Of a stretch of DNA of 64,000 nucleotides, positions 56,248 through 64,000 are shown piece after piece. The number at the start of each line of letters is the position of its first letter. The stretch's first letter is position 1. The DNA is from Candidatus Calditenuis fumarioli. GTDB taxonomy: Archaea; Thermoproteota; Nitrososphaeria_A; Caldarchaeales; Calditenuaceae. Under the pieces are notes generated by a model. That model was not told where the DNA came from. It worked only from the letters and a program-made list of their open reading frames with translations, and searched no databases. The stretch spans positions 768,001-832,000 of the forward strand of contig JANVYR010000001.1 of NCBI GenBank assembly GCA_030059665.1, written 5' to 3'. A program made the translations under genes and the position numbers.

Positions 56248-56646
56248 ATGCCCTCGCCAGAGCGCAATGCGATCGTGCTCCTCCTCAAGAAGAGCAGGAG
56301 GCATCTGGGACCGGATGAGGTAGTGGCGGTCCTCGGGGCCGTCGCGCAGATGGGTGAGGGGCCCTTCTCGCTGAGGGAGCTGAGGAGGTACCTCCCCGAG
56401 AGGATGGTCGCGAAACGTAACGTGATGAGGAGCGTGGGCGCTCTGCTCCAGACCCTCGTCTCCATCGGCTACCTCGAGCGCTTCAGCCAGCGGAGGTACA
56501 GGAAGAGGTACGAGAGCCTAGCGCACTACCTCATGTCGCAGGTCATGGAGCTAGCCAACCTCGAGACCTCGGCTGTCCAGCAGCCCCAGCAGGAGGAGAA
56601 GGTGCTGAGGGTTCTGGGCTCCAAGAAGGCAGGCAGATCTGGCTGA
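56248..56646 (+). CDS. Hypothetical protein, probable winged helix
   Basis: 4 nt after rpl13; FSLRELRR...LQTLVSIGYLER. Confidence 0.65.
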   Translation: MPSPERNAIVLLLKKSRRHLGPDEVVAVLGAVAQMGEGPFSLRELRRYLPERMVAKRNVMRSVGALLQTLVSIGYLERFSQRRYRKRYESLAHYLMSQVMELANLETSAVQQPQQEEKVLRVLGSKKAGRSG

Positions 56647-56767
56647 CCGGCGGGGAGCGTCGCCACAACCCTGCCGTTCGCACGTCCTCCAACCGAGCCC
56701 AGACGAGGCACGGGCCGGTACGATGCCGAGATGAGCTTTATTCCAAAGCGGACCATATCAGTGGTGA

Positions 56768-57436
56768 GTGGGGTTGGCGTTCACCGGTCGTCAGAAGCTT
56801 GAGGACGTGAGGAGGCTCGTGCTGATGCTGGCGAAGGACCACACGAGGAAGTCCCTGCTCGCGGTGAAGACCCTGGCGCAGATACTCGAGGGTATCCGTG
56901 AAGGCGTACGGGAGGAGCAGGCGTTCAGCTCGAAGTACGCCGAGATACTGAAGATCGACGACGAGTGCAAGGAGCTGAGGCTCCAGGCCGAGAGGGGGGT
57001 CCTCGAGATAGGGGCGCTCCTGGCGGAGCGGGGCGAGTACATCAGGTTCCTCGGGTGCATCGACCGGATACCTGACAGGATCGAGGGAGCGGCGTACAGG
57101 CTGCTGGCCCTGACCAAGATCTCGTATCCGAGCGGGGACGTGGTGACGGCGATCCAATCGATACTCGAGAAGGTCCGGGACTCGGTCGAGTCGCTCAACC
57201 GCGCCATCACGGCCCTCGAGATGGACTCGGGCCAGGGCCACAGGCTGCTGAGGGAGGTCTCGGAGCGCGAGAGGGAGGTCGACGAGGTCTTCAGGAGGGT
57301 GACGGTTGAGCTGCTGAGGAAGGAGCTCCCGCTGCCGCAGCTTTTGCTGGCAAGGGAGGTCATCGACATGCTCGAGTCCGTCGCGGACACCACCGAGGAG
57401 GCGGCCAACGTATTGACCGTGCTCTACCCTGCCTGA
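56768..57436 (+). CDS. DUF47 / PhoU-like helical protein
   Basis: IDDECKELR, IDRIPDRIE, EREREVDEVFR, LESVADTTEEAA. Confidence 0.8.
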   Translation: MGLAFTGRQKLEDVRRLVLMLAKDHTRKSLLAVKTLAQILEGIREGVREEQAFSSKYAEILKIDDECKELRLQAERGVLEIGALLAERGEYIRFLGCIDRIPDRIEGAAYRLLALTKISYPSGDVVTAIQSILEKVRDSVESLNRAITALEMDSGQGHRLLREVSEREREVDEVFRRVTVELLRKELPLPQLLLAREVIDMLESVADTTEEAANVLTVLYPA

Positions 57437-58008
57437 TGCCCTTGTCCGGAGGAAACCCGAGGCCGCGCTTCAGGGGCGTCTACGTCCAGGGGAGCGTGGT
57501 CGTTCTCGACCCAGATATGGCAAGGGAGCTCTACTCGCTGGGTTACTACGGGAAGCCGCTCGGCGTTCCGAAGCCGAAGGGGGCTGACTTCGAGGCTCCG
57601 CTGGTGATGGACCTCATAGAGGCCAGGTACCTCGTCGAGTCGGGTCTCCTTGAGGTCTACAGGGACGGCCGCAGGATGAGCCTGGAGGAGCTGGTGGAGC
57701 TGGGGAGGAAGCATTACAGCAGGTACGACGAGCTCTGCGCCGTCTACACCGACCTCAAGAGGAGGGGGTTCTACGTCACCAGCGGGATCAAGTTCGGCTC
57801 CGACTTCGCAGCGTACATTTACGGCCCTGGAATAGACCACGCGCCGTTCATCGTCCTGGTGAGGAGCCCAGATGACGTCCTCTCCGCGAGCGACCTGATA
57901 AGGGCCGGCAGGCTCTCGCGCTCGGTGAGGAAGAGCTTCCTGATAGCAGTGCCAGACACCTCCACGGGAAGGGTCAGGTACGTCTCCGTGAACAGGGCCG
58001 AGCTCTGA
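57436..58008 (+). CDS. endA: tRNA splicing endonuclease catalytic subunit with the crenarchaeal-type specificity loop
   Basis: GYYGKPLGVPKPK loop, LDLIEA-like MDLIEARYL, SGIKFGSDFAAY, DHAPF, SVRK. Confidence 0.93.
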   Translation: MPLSGGNPRPRFRGVYVQGSVVVLDPDMARELYSLGYYGKPLGVPKPKGADFEAPLVMDLIEARYLVESGLLEVYRDGRRMSLEELVELGRKHYSRYDELCAVYTDLKRRGFYVTSGIKFGSDFAAYIYGPGIDHAPFIVLVRSPDDVLSASDLIRAGRLSRSVRKSFLIAVPDTSTGRVRYVSVNRAEL

Positions 58009-58103
58009 GGGGGCCCTCGCCGATACCTGGGTATTCCTTCCGTATTGGCCGGTCTCCGGTCTCCTCGGAAGGCTTACCGCATGGGTTGCAGGTTGGCGGT
58101 CGG

Positions 58104-58508
58104 ATGAGGACCTTCGCCGTCTCCGTCAGGAGGGGGGAACTGGAGGTCAGGGTCGAGGGCGGATCCGCGGAGGAAGTCATCTCGGCGCTTCCTGAGCTGA
58201 GGCGGATCCTCGAGGCAGCGACGGCCGAGCTGAGGCCCCAGCCCTCACCGGGTGCCCCGACGGTCCCATCGAAGAGGAGGGGCAAGTCGGAGGCTGTACT
58301 GGCGCTCGAGATCATCGAGACGCAGCTGATACCCTCCGGCTTCTTCTCGTCGCCGAGGTCCACCAAGGAGGTCAGGGAGGAGATCCAGCGCCTCAGCGGC
58401 CTCAAACTCCAGAGCCGGAAGGTCAGCCAGGCCCTCGGGGTGCTGTACGAGAAGGGCGTCCTCAGGCGGACCGGACCGAGGGGAGACTACAGGTACTTCT
58501 CGGTCTGA
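58104..58508 (+). CDS. Hypothetical protein with a C-terminal winged helix
   Basis: GFFSSPRSTKEV...SQALGVLYEKGVLRR. Confidence 0.65.
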   Translation: MRTFAVSVRRGELEVRVEGGSAEEVISALPELRRILEAATAELRPQPSPGAPTVPSKRRGKSEAVLALEIIETQLIPSGFFSSPRSTKEVREEIQRLSGLKLQSRKVSQALGVLYEKGVLRRTGPRGDYRYFSV

Positions 58509-58574
58509 CGTGCTCCATCCGCCATCGTTCCCCGGCGAGACCGTTTTAACCAGCGAGGCGCTGGTTGAGCTGGC

Positions 58575-59372
58575 ATGTCCCTGCTGCTGAGGAAGAGGGG
58601 CTTCCCGAAGGAGGGGGAGCTGGTGGTGGCAACGGTCAAGGAGACCTTCAAGCACGGCGCCGTGGTGACGCTCGACGAGTACGGCGACCTGGAGGCCTTC
58701 GTTCACATCTCCGAGGTCTCGCTCAAGTGGGTCAGGAACATCTCCGACTACCTGAGGGTAGGTCACAAGACCGTGTTGAAGGTGATCAGGAGCGATCCCG
58801 AGAAGCTCCAGGTCGACGCCAGCCTCAGGAGGGTCTCGAAGAAAGAGCAGGCGGAGAAGATGATGGAGTGGAGCAGAAGGGTCAAGGTCTCGAAGATGAT
58901 CGAGGCCGTCATGAAGGAGACCGGGACACCGCTTGAAACTGTAGTCTCGGGCCTGATCGAGCCCGCGCTGGACAGGGGCAGGGAGGTTCACGAGCTGCTG
59001 GAGGAGGTGGCGTCCGGTGAGGAGCTCCCGAGCTGGGTGAAGCTTCCTCCGGAGTTCGCGGAGAGGCTGGTCGAGCGGGCCCGGAGGGAGCTGAAGAGGC
59101 CGACGTACGTCGTGAAGGCGGTGGTGAAGATGACCTCGAGGTTCGGTGGGGTCGAGAGGCTTAGGAAGGCCGCGGAGGAGGGCATGTCGGTCGGTAACGG
59201 TCAGGTGAGGATCACGCTGATCGGCTCACCGCGATACATGATCAGGGTCGAGGCGGGGGACCGGCAGCAGGCCGAGGAGATGCTGTCGCAGGCCATCGAG
59301 CGGATGAAGTCCGTCCTCTCCGGGCCCGGTGACGAGCTGGTGGTCGTCGAGGGGCCGGGTGGTGGCTCCTGA
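58575..59372 (+). CDS. eif2a: Translation initiation factor aIF2 alpha
   Basis: FPKEGELVVATV S1 domain, FVHISEVS, VDASLRRV, IGSPRY. Confidence 0.96.
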   Translation: MSLLLRKRGFPKEGELVVATVKETFKHGAVVTLDEYGDLEAFVHISEVSLKWVRNISDYLRVGHKTVLKVIRSDPEKLQVDASLRRVSKKEQAEKMMEWSRRVKVSKMIEAVMKETGTPLETVVSGLIEPALDRGREVHELLEEVASGEELPSWVKLPPEFAERLVERARRELKRPTYVVKAVVKMTSRFGGVERLRKAAEEGMSVGNGQVRITLIGSPRYMIRVEAGDRQQAEEMLSQAIERMKSVLSGPGDELVVVEGPGGGS

Positions 59373-59551
59373 GCGTCCTGAGGAAGTGCACCTCCTGTGG
59401 CAGGTACACGCTCCGCGACGTCTGTCCCGCCTGCGGCTCACCGACCAGGTCCGCGCATCCGCCGCCCTTCAGCGAGGGCAGCCCGAGGCTCGAGGTCCTC
59501 GTTAGGGCGCTGATCGAGGGCCGGAGGAGACCGAATCAGGGGGGATCTTGA
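59369..59551 (+). CDS. nop10: Nop10 (H/ACA RNP protein), probable CTG start
   Basis: Not in the ORF track. Manual translation LSVLRKCTSCGRYTLRDVCPACGSPTRSAHPPPFS...; conserved position after aIF2-alpha. Confidence 0.88.
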   Translation: MSVLRKCTSCGRYTLRDVCPACGSPTRSAHPPPFSEGSPRLEVLVRALIEGRRRPNQGGS

Positions 59552-60108
59552 GCGCGGGATCCTCGGGCTGGGTTTTCGACCTCTTCGCGGCCGTCGCCTC
59601 CCTGAAGGCCCTCCGCAGGAAGGGCTGGGAGCTGAGGGGCGTCAGGGACCCCGAGAGCGTCGCCGACCACTCCCTCTCGGTGGCGGTCCTTTCGGTGGCC
59701 CTCGCAGCCGCACGGGGCCTCGATCCGGGAAGGGCAGCGTTGATCGCCGTCCTGCACGACCTGGCCGAGTCGGTGACGGGCGACCTCACGCCCGCCGAGA
59801 AGGCAGAGCTCGGGTCGGAGAGGTTGGACCGGTTGGAGAGGGAGGCGCTCGACAGGGTCCTAGGAGGGGCTCCGGGAAGGGTCAGGGAGACGATCCTCAG
59901 GGCGCTGAGGGAGTACCGCGACGGTTCGAGCGAGGAGGGGAGGCTGGTGAGGGACGTGGACAAGCTGGAGATGGCCCTTCAGGCCCTCCTCTACCGGGAC
60001 CAGCTGGGAGACTCGGGCGTGGCCGAGTTCGTTTCATCCGCGCTCAGAGAGGTCTCGGATCCGGAGATCAGGTCGCTCATCGAGGAGGTGGTGGGCGATG
60101 GCCCGTGA
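59548..60108 (+). CDS. HD-domain YfbR/HDDC2-like nucleotidase
   Basis: LRRKGW, ESVADHS, LHDLAES..GD, VRDVDKLEM. Confidence 0.88.
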   Translation: MSAGSSGWVFDLFAAVASLKALRRKGWELRGVRDPESVADHSLSVAVLSVALAAARGLDPGRAALIAVLHDLAESVTGDLTPAEKAELGSERLDRLEREALDRVLGGAPGRVRETILRALREYRDGSSEEGRLVRDVDKLEMALQALLYRDQLGDSGVAEFVSSALREVSDPEIRSLIEEVVGDGP

Positions 60109-61156
60109 CGTGACGAGCTTCTACCTCAGCAGCAAGGAGTTCCTCGCGAAGTACCCCTTCCACTCGAGGGCCAGGGGGTATGTGACGCTAGCCGACCTCT
60201 CCGTGGACGAGCTGGTCAGGGGAGGTGGGGAGCTCGTGGTCGCCGAGAGGAGGATAGTTCGGGCGCTGGAGCGCGGTGAGGACGCGGGGGCCGTGATGCA
60301 CTCCGATGACCCCGACGAGGAGATCGTGAGCTTCCCGATGGCAGTTCTCCTGGCCGCTGCGGTCGGAGACAGGTGGTTGCAGAGGAGGTTGGCTCTGTAC
60401 GAGTCGAGGAGGGCCGAGGCCTTCCTCCAGTCGGACGACGACGCGGCCCTGCACGAGGTTCTCAGCGACCTGGGTATCACGGCATCGAGGTGCGGGCGTG
60501 ACGAGGAGGACAGGACCGGATATCCGTACAAGATCTCGGTCGCAGACTACCTGCGGCTGATCAGGGGACTCGACGGCGCGGAGTGGAGGCTGGTGAACAG
60601 GACCGTGTGGCGAGGCTGGGTCTTCACGACGAGGTCCGAGCTGGTGAGGCTGGTCGCCGAGGAGATAGAGTCGAGGATCCTGAGGCGGCTCGAGGAGGTC
60701 AAGGTGCCCAGGGTTCCGGAGCAAATCAGGGAGGTCGTCGAGAGGATCAGGGGGATGCTGGCGTCGAGGTACGCCAGGAGGCTGCCCTCCGCGGAGGTCT
60801 CGAGGGACGAGGCGACGTGGCCTCCCTGCATGCTGGCGCTTAAGAGCGCGCTGCTCTCGGGCTCCAAGGTCGGTCACTTCGGGAACTTCGCCTTCGCGGC
60901 CTTCCTCCTCTCCGCTGGGTACAGCGTCGAGGACGTGGTCTCCTTCTACGCCCAGAGGCCGGACTTCAACGAGAGGATCGCGCGCTACCAGGTGGAGCAC
61001 ATAGCTGGCATGAGGGGTTCGAGGACCAAGTACTCGGTGCCCTCGTGCCAGACGATGAGGGCCCACGGTCTCTGCATAGAGGACGGTAGGCTGTGCCCCA
61101 AGGGGATCAGGAACCCGAGGCAGTACGCGCGGTTGAGGGGAAGGACCACCGGGTGA
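60098..61156 (+). CDS. priL: DNA primase large subunit
   Basis: KYPF, WPPCM, HFGNF, PDFNERIARYQVEHI, YSVPSCQTM...C...C. Confidence 0.95.
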   Translation: MARDVTSFYLSSKEFLAKYPFHSRARGYVTLADLSVDELVRGGGELVVAERRIVRALERGEDAGAVMHSDDPDEEIVSFPMAVLLAAAVGDRWLQRRLALYESRRAEAFLQSDDDAALHEVLSDLGITASRCGRDEEDRTGYPYKISVADYLRLIRGLDGAEWRLVNRTVWRGWVFTTRSELVRLVAEEIESRILRRLEEVKVPRVPEQIREVVERIRGMLASRYARRLPSAEVSRDEATWPPCMLALKSALLSGSKVGHFGNFAFAAFLLSAGYSVEDVVSFYAQRPDFNERIARYQVEHIAGMRGSRTKYSVPSCQTMRAHGLCIEDGRLCPKGIRNPRQYARLRGRTTG

Positions 61157-61282
61157 GGGGCCGAGGTCGAATCCTGCAGAAGGGATCCGCTCGCTCGGTA
61201 AGGGTGAGGTGGGAGCGCGAGGCATCAGCTTTGCCGGTGCGGAACCAGGTTCATATGAGGCTCCTCGCCTTCCTTCACCGGG

Positions 61283-62455
61283 TTGGGCGCAAGGGAGCTT
61301 CCGAAGGTGGGCGAGGTGATGAGGAGGGACTTCGTCCCGATAGACGCCGATGAGCCGCTGATCAAGGCCGCGAGCCTCTTCTCCGAGACGGACGCTGACG
61401 TCCTGGTCGTCGTCTCGGGTGGAAAGGTGCTGGGCGTGCTGACCGAGAGGGCCCTGCTCAGACCCAGGGTCAACCTCGTCCAGACCAAGTGCAGGACCTT
61501 CGCCGTCCCCTCCCCGAGGATCACGCCGGATGACGCGGTCTCGAGGGCCGCGAGGCTGATGAGGGAGAACAACCTGAAGGCGGCTCCGGTCGTGAACGAG
61601 CGCGACGAGCCCGTTGGCGTCGTGGGGGTGCTCGACCTCGTGACCTCGGTCCCTGACGTCTTCTCGAGGATCAAGGTCAGGGACGTCATGACCTCTGACC
61701 CCATCACGGTCAGCGCCGACGACTCCATAGGCCGTGCCATAGCGCTGATGAGGGACGAGGGGATCTCGAGGCTCCCGGTGGTGGAGGACGGTCGGCTCGT
61801 GGGCATCCTGACGCTCCACGACGTGATAGTCAAGGTCCTCGGCCCGAGGGTTAGGGCGACGATCGGTGAGGTCTCCGGTGAGAAAATCTACACCCTCGGA
61901 AACAGGGTGAGGGAGCTGATGCATTCGCCCGTGATAACCGCGAGGAGCGACGAGCCCCTGATCGAGGCCGTTCGGAGGATGGCGCACCACGACGTCTCCT
62001 CCCTCGTGGTGGTCGACGGCGACCGGATCTCCGGCATCCTGACCAGGACCGACGTCCTCGAGCCGCTGGCAGCGCTGGACGTCAGAGAGGAGGAAGGGAT
62101 CTCTGTGCAGGTCACCTACAAGCTCACCAACGTCTCCGACCGGGACAAGGAGGAGCTGATGGAGGCGGTGAGGAGCTTCCTGAGGAGGTACAGGGAGACG
62201 ATCGGCGTCGGCACCCTCACCCTGCACTTCAAGGAGCACCGCGAGAAGCACGGAGACGTCCACCTGATCCACTGCAGGGCAAGGCTGAACACGGACTCCT
62301 GGAGGCTGGTGGCGGTCGGTGAGGGCTGGTCCCTCGCGCTTGCGGCGAAGGCCGCGCTCAGCAGGATCGAGCGCCAGCTGACCGTCAGCAAGGAGCTGGC
62401 CAGGAGTTACGAGCTCCTCAGGGAGGACCTGCTGGAGCTGGCGGAGCGTTACTGA
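61283..62455 (+). CDS. Four-CBS protein with a C-terminal HPF/RaiA-like domain (Hib-like ribosome hibernation factor)
   Basis: Four CBS repeats, then a beta-alpha-beta-beta-beta-alpha pattern ending GEGWSLALAAKAALSRIERQL. Confidence 0.7.
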   Translation: MGARELPKVGEVMRRDFVPIDADEPLIKAASLFSETDADVLVVVSGGKVLGVLTERALLRPRVNLVQTKCRTFAVPSPRITPDDAVSRAARLMRENNLKAAPVVNERDEPVGVVGVLDLVTSVPDVFSRIKVRDVMTSDPITVSADDSIGRAIALMRDEGISRLPVVEDGRLVGILTLHDVIVKVLGPRVRATIGEVSGEKIYTLGNRVRELMHSPVITARSDEPLIEAVRRMAHHDVSSLVVVDGDRISGILTRTDVLEPLAALDVREEEGISVQVTYKLTNVSDRDKEELMEAVRSFLRRYRETIGVGTLTLHFKEHREKHGDVHLIHCRARLNTDSWRLVAVGEGWSLALAAKAALSRIERQLTVSKELARSYELLREDLLELAERY

Positions 62456-62459
62456 GGTC

Positions 62460-62969
62460 TTGTCCGGTTACCCCGGTGCTCCGAGGGGAGGGCCCGACAC
62501 CGCCGCGGTCGCTGCGGTCATCGATCCCTCGAGGGCCCTGCTCGTGGTGAAGAGGTCCGAGAGGGAGGGTGACCCGTGGTCAGGTCACTGGGCCCTTCCG
62601 GGAGGGAGGTGGAGGGAGGGAGACAGGGACCTGGGGGAGACGATCCGGAGGGAGGTGCTGGAGGAGACCAGCATAGACCTCGCCGCAGGAGAGCCGATCG
62701 GGTGGTTCGGTCCCTTCTCGCCGAGCAACAGGCCCGAGCTGAGGGTGAGCGTTCTGGCGGTAACGTTCCGTACCAGGCCGGAGGTCCTCCTCGGCGACGA
62801 GCTGGTTGACCACCGCTGGGTCAGCGTCAGGTCGATGTCCCTCGAGACCAGGAGGGTGATGACGTCCTTCGGCCCCAGGGACGTAGAGGCCTTCGTCAGC
62901 GGCGACGTCCTGATCTGGGGACTGACCGCTCGGATCATCAGGGCGCTGATCGGTGCTGGCGTCCTGTAG
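62460..62969 (+). CDS. Nudix hydrolase (CoA pyrophosphatase-like)
   Basis: DPWSGHWALPGG...TIRREVLEET, LIWGLTARI. Confidence 0.88.
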   Translation: MSGYPGAPRGGPDTAAVAAVIDPSRALLVVKRSEREGDPWSGHWALPGGRWREGDRDLGETIRREVLEETSIDLAAGEPIGWFGPFSPSNRPELRVSVLAVTFRTRPEVLLGDELVDHRWVSVRSMSLETRRVMTSFGPRDVEAFVSGDVLIWGLTARIIRALIGAGVL

Positions 62970-63058
62970 GACCGCTCCTCTCCTCGGGACGTTGCGGAGT
63001 TCCTCAACGATCGCGGGTCACGCGAAATCTAATTATCGCGCATGGCTGCCGGTGAAAC

Positions 63059-64000
63059 GTGCGGGAGCTCAGGACGCTCTACTGGAAGGGGTCGAGTCTC
63101 TACCTGATCGACCAGAAGGCCCTCCCTCACCGGCTCAGGTACGTGGCCCTCACCGATTACAGGCAGGTCGCCCGGGCGATCAAGGACATGACGGTCCGCG
63201 GTGCGCCGGCGATAGGCGTCGCTGCCGCATACGGGCTCGCGCTGGCCGCGCTCAGGGCGAAGAGTTCCGATCCCCAGAAGGTTCTGGAGAAGCTGCAACG
63301 GGCCGCGGACGTCCTGAGGTCCACGAGGCCGACAGCGGTCAACCTCTTCTGGGCGATTGAGCGCGTGATGGCGAGGGCCGAGGCCGCCGCGAAGAACGGC
63401 GAGGACATCGCCCGTGCGGTGTTGGAGGAGGCCCACGCGATCGCTGAGGAGGACGTCAGGGTGAACAGGGCCATCGGCGAGCACGGCGCCAAGCTGATCA
63501 AGGACGGCGCGCGGGTGATGACGTACTGCAACGCAGGTGCCCTGGCCACGGTCGGGTACGGGACGGCGCTCGGGGTGATCAGGGCCGCGGTCGAGCAGGG
63601 GAAGAGGGTCTTCGTCTACGTGCCGGAAACGAGGCCTAAGCTCCAGGGAGCGAGGCTCACGTCCTTCGAGCTCAAGCTCGAGGGGATAGAACACAGGGTG
63701 ATACCCGACAACACGGCGGCCTACCTGATGAGCAGGGGCGAGGTGGACCTGATCGTTGTCGGCGCTGACAGGATCCTGGCCTCCTCCGGTCACGTCATCA
63801 ACAAGATCGGCACCCTATCGCTCGCGATCGCGGCCAACTACTTCAACGTCCCCTTCTACGTCGCAGCGCCCGTCAGCACGATCGACTTCAGACGGACACT
63901 CAGCGAGGTCAGGATCGAGGAGCGAGATGAGAGGGAGGTGCTCGAGGTGATGGGCAGGAGGATAGCTCCGAAGGGCGCGAGGGCGGTCAACTACGCCTTC
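63059..64000 (+). CDS. mtnA: eIF2B-alpha family sugar-phosphate isomerase (MtnA-like), runs off the window end
   Basis: Not in the ORF track. GTG 63059 after GGTGA: LIDQKALP...MTVRGAPAIGVAAAYG...TRPTAVNL...TYCNAGALAT.GYGTALG...ETRPKLQGARLT...GADRI...NKIGT. Confidence 0.9.
   Translation, partial: MRELRTLYWKGSSLYLIDQKALPHRLRYVALTDYRQVARAIKDMTVRGAPAIGVAAAYGLALAALRAKSSDPQKVLEKLQRAADVLRSTRPTAVNLFWAIERVMARAEAAAKNGEDIARAVLEEAHAIAEEDVRVNRAIGEHGAKLIKDGARVMTYCNAGALATVGYGTALGVIRAAVEQGKRVFVYVPETRPKLQGARLTSFELKLEGIEHRVIPDNTAAYLMSRGEVDLIVVGADRILASSGHVINKIGTLSLAIAANYFNVPFYVAAPVSTIDFRRTLSEVRIEERDEREVLEVMGRRIAPKGARAVNYAF

Noticed and set aside
60188-62272. 694-aa minus-strand ORF, and similar long antisense ORFs (34588-36351, 23783-25129, 51339-52583, 39317-40816, 32305-33321)
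   Set aside because: Shadow frames opposite well-supported genes, expected from strong GC3 codon bias; no recognisable motifs
1-64000. CRISPR arrays, transposases, inteins, rRNA, SRP or RNase P RNA
   Set aside because: No regularly spaced repeats, transposase motifs, intein-sized insertions or diagnostic RNA motifs recognised by eye

Overview
A gene-dense, high-GC archaeal chromosome segment. Rpo3/Rpo4, L18e/L21e, aIF2-alpha, PriL, Topo VI-B, Nop10 and an EndA with the crenarchaeal-type loop point to TACK; an Aigarchaeota/Caldarchaeales-like thermophile is my inference, not a database result. The left ~11 kb is accessory: sulfur assimilation (sulfite/nitrite reductase, Sat, TauE), an A/T-richer envelope island, and a B12-radical SAM / GT2 locus. 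Next is a tightly packed tetrapyrrole operon: hemA-C-D-B-L-E, a HemJ/CopD-like membrane protein, an AhbD-like radical SAM, then a CbiX-like chelatase and an LLM oxidoreductase. The rest is mostly housekeeping (tRNA-Pro, TmcA, SdhA, GlyRS, the HMGS-thiolase-DUF35 trio, scattered ribosomal genes) with a low-GC DprA + PRTase (ShosTA-like) insert. The best leads are: (1) a heme operon that combines UroD with AhbD but has no known oxidase or ferrochelatase, suggesting a hybrid pathway with unassigned enzymes; (2) an archaeal DprA-PRTase defence-like pair; (3) a membrane-anchored C4HC3 RING protein with E2-binding hallmarks; (4) a CBS-HPF (Hib-like) ribosome hibernation factor. All assignments come from reading motifs by eye; no searches were run.
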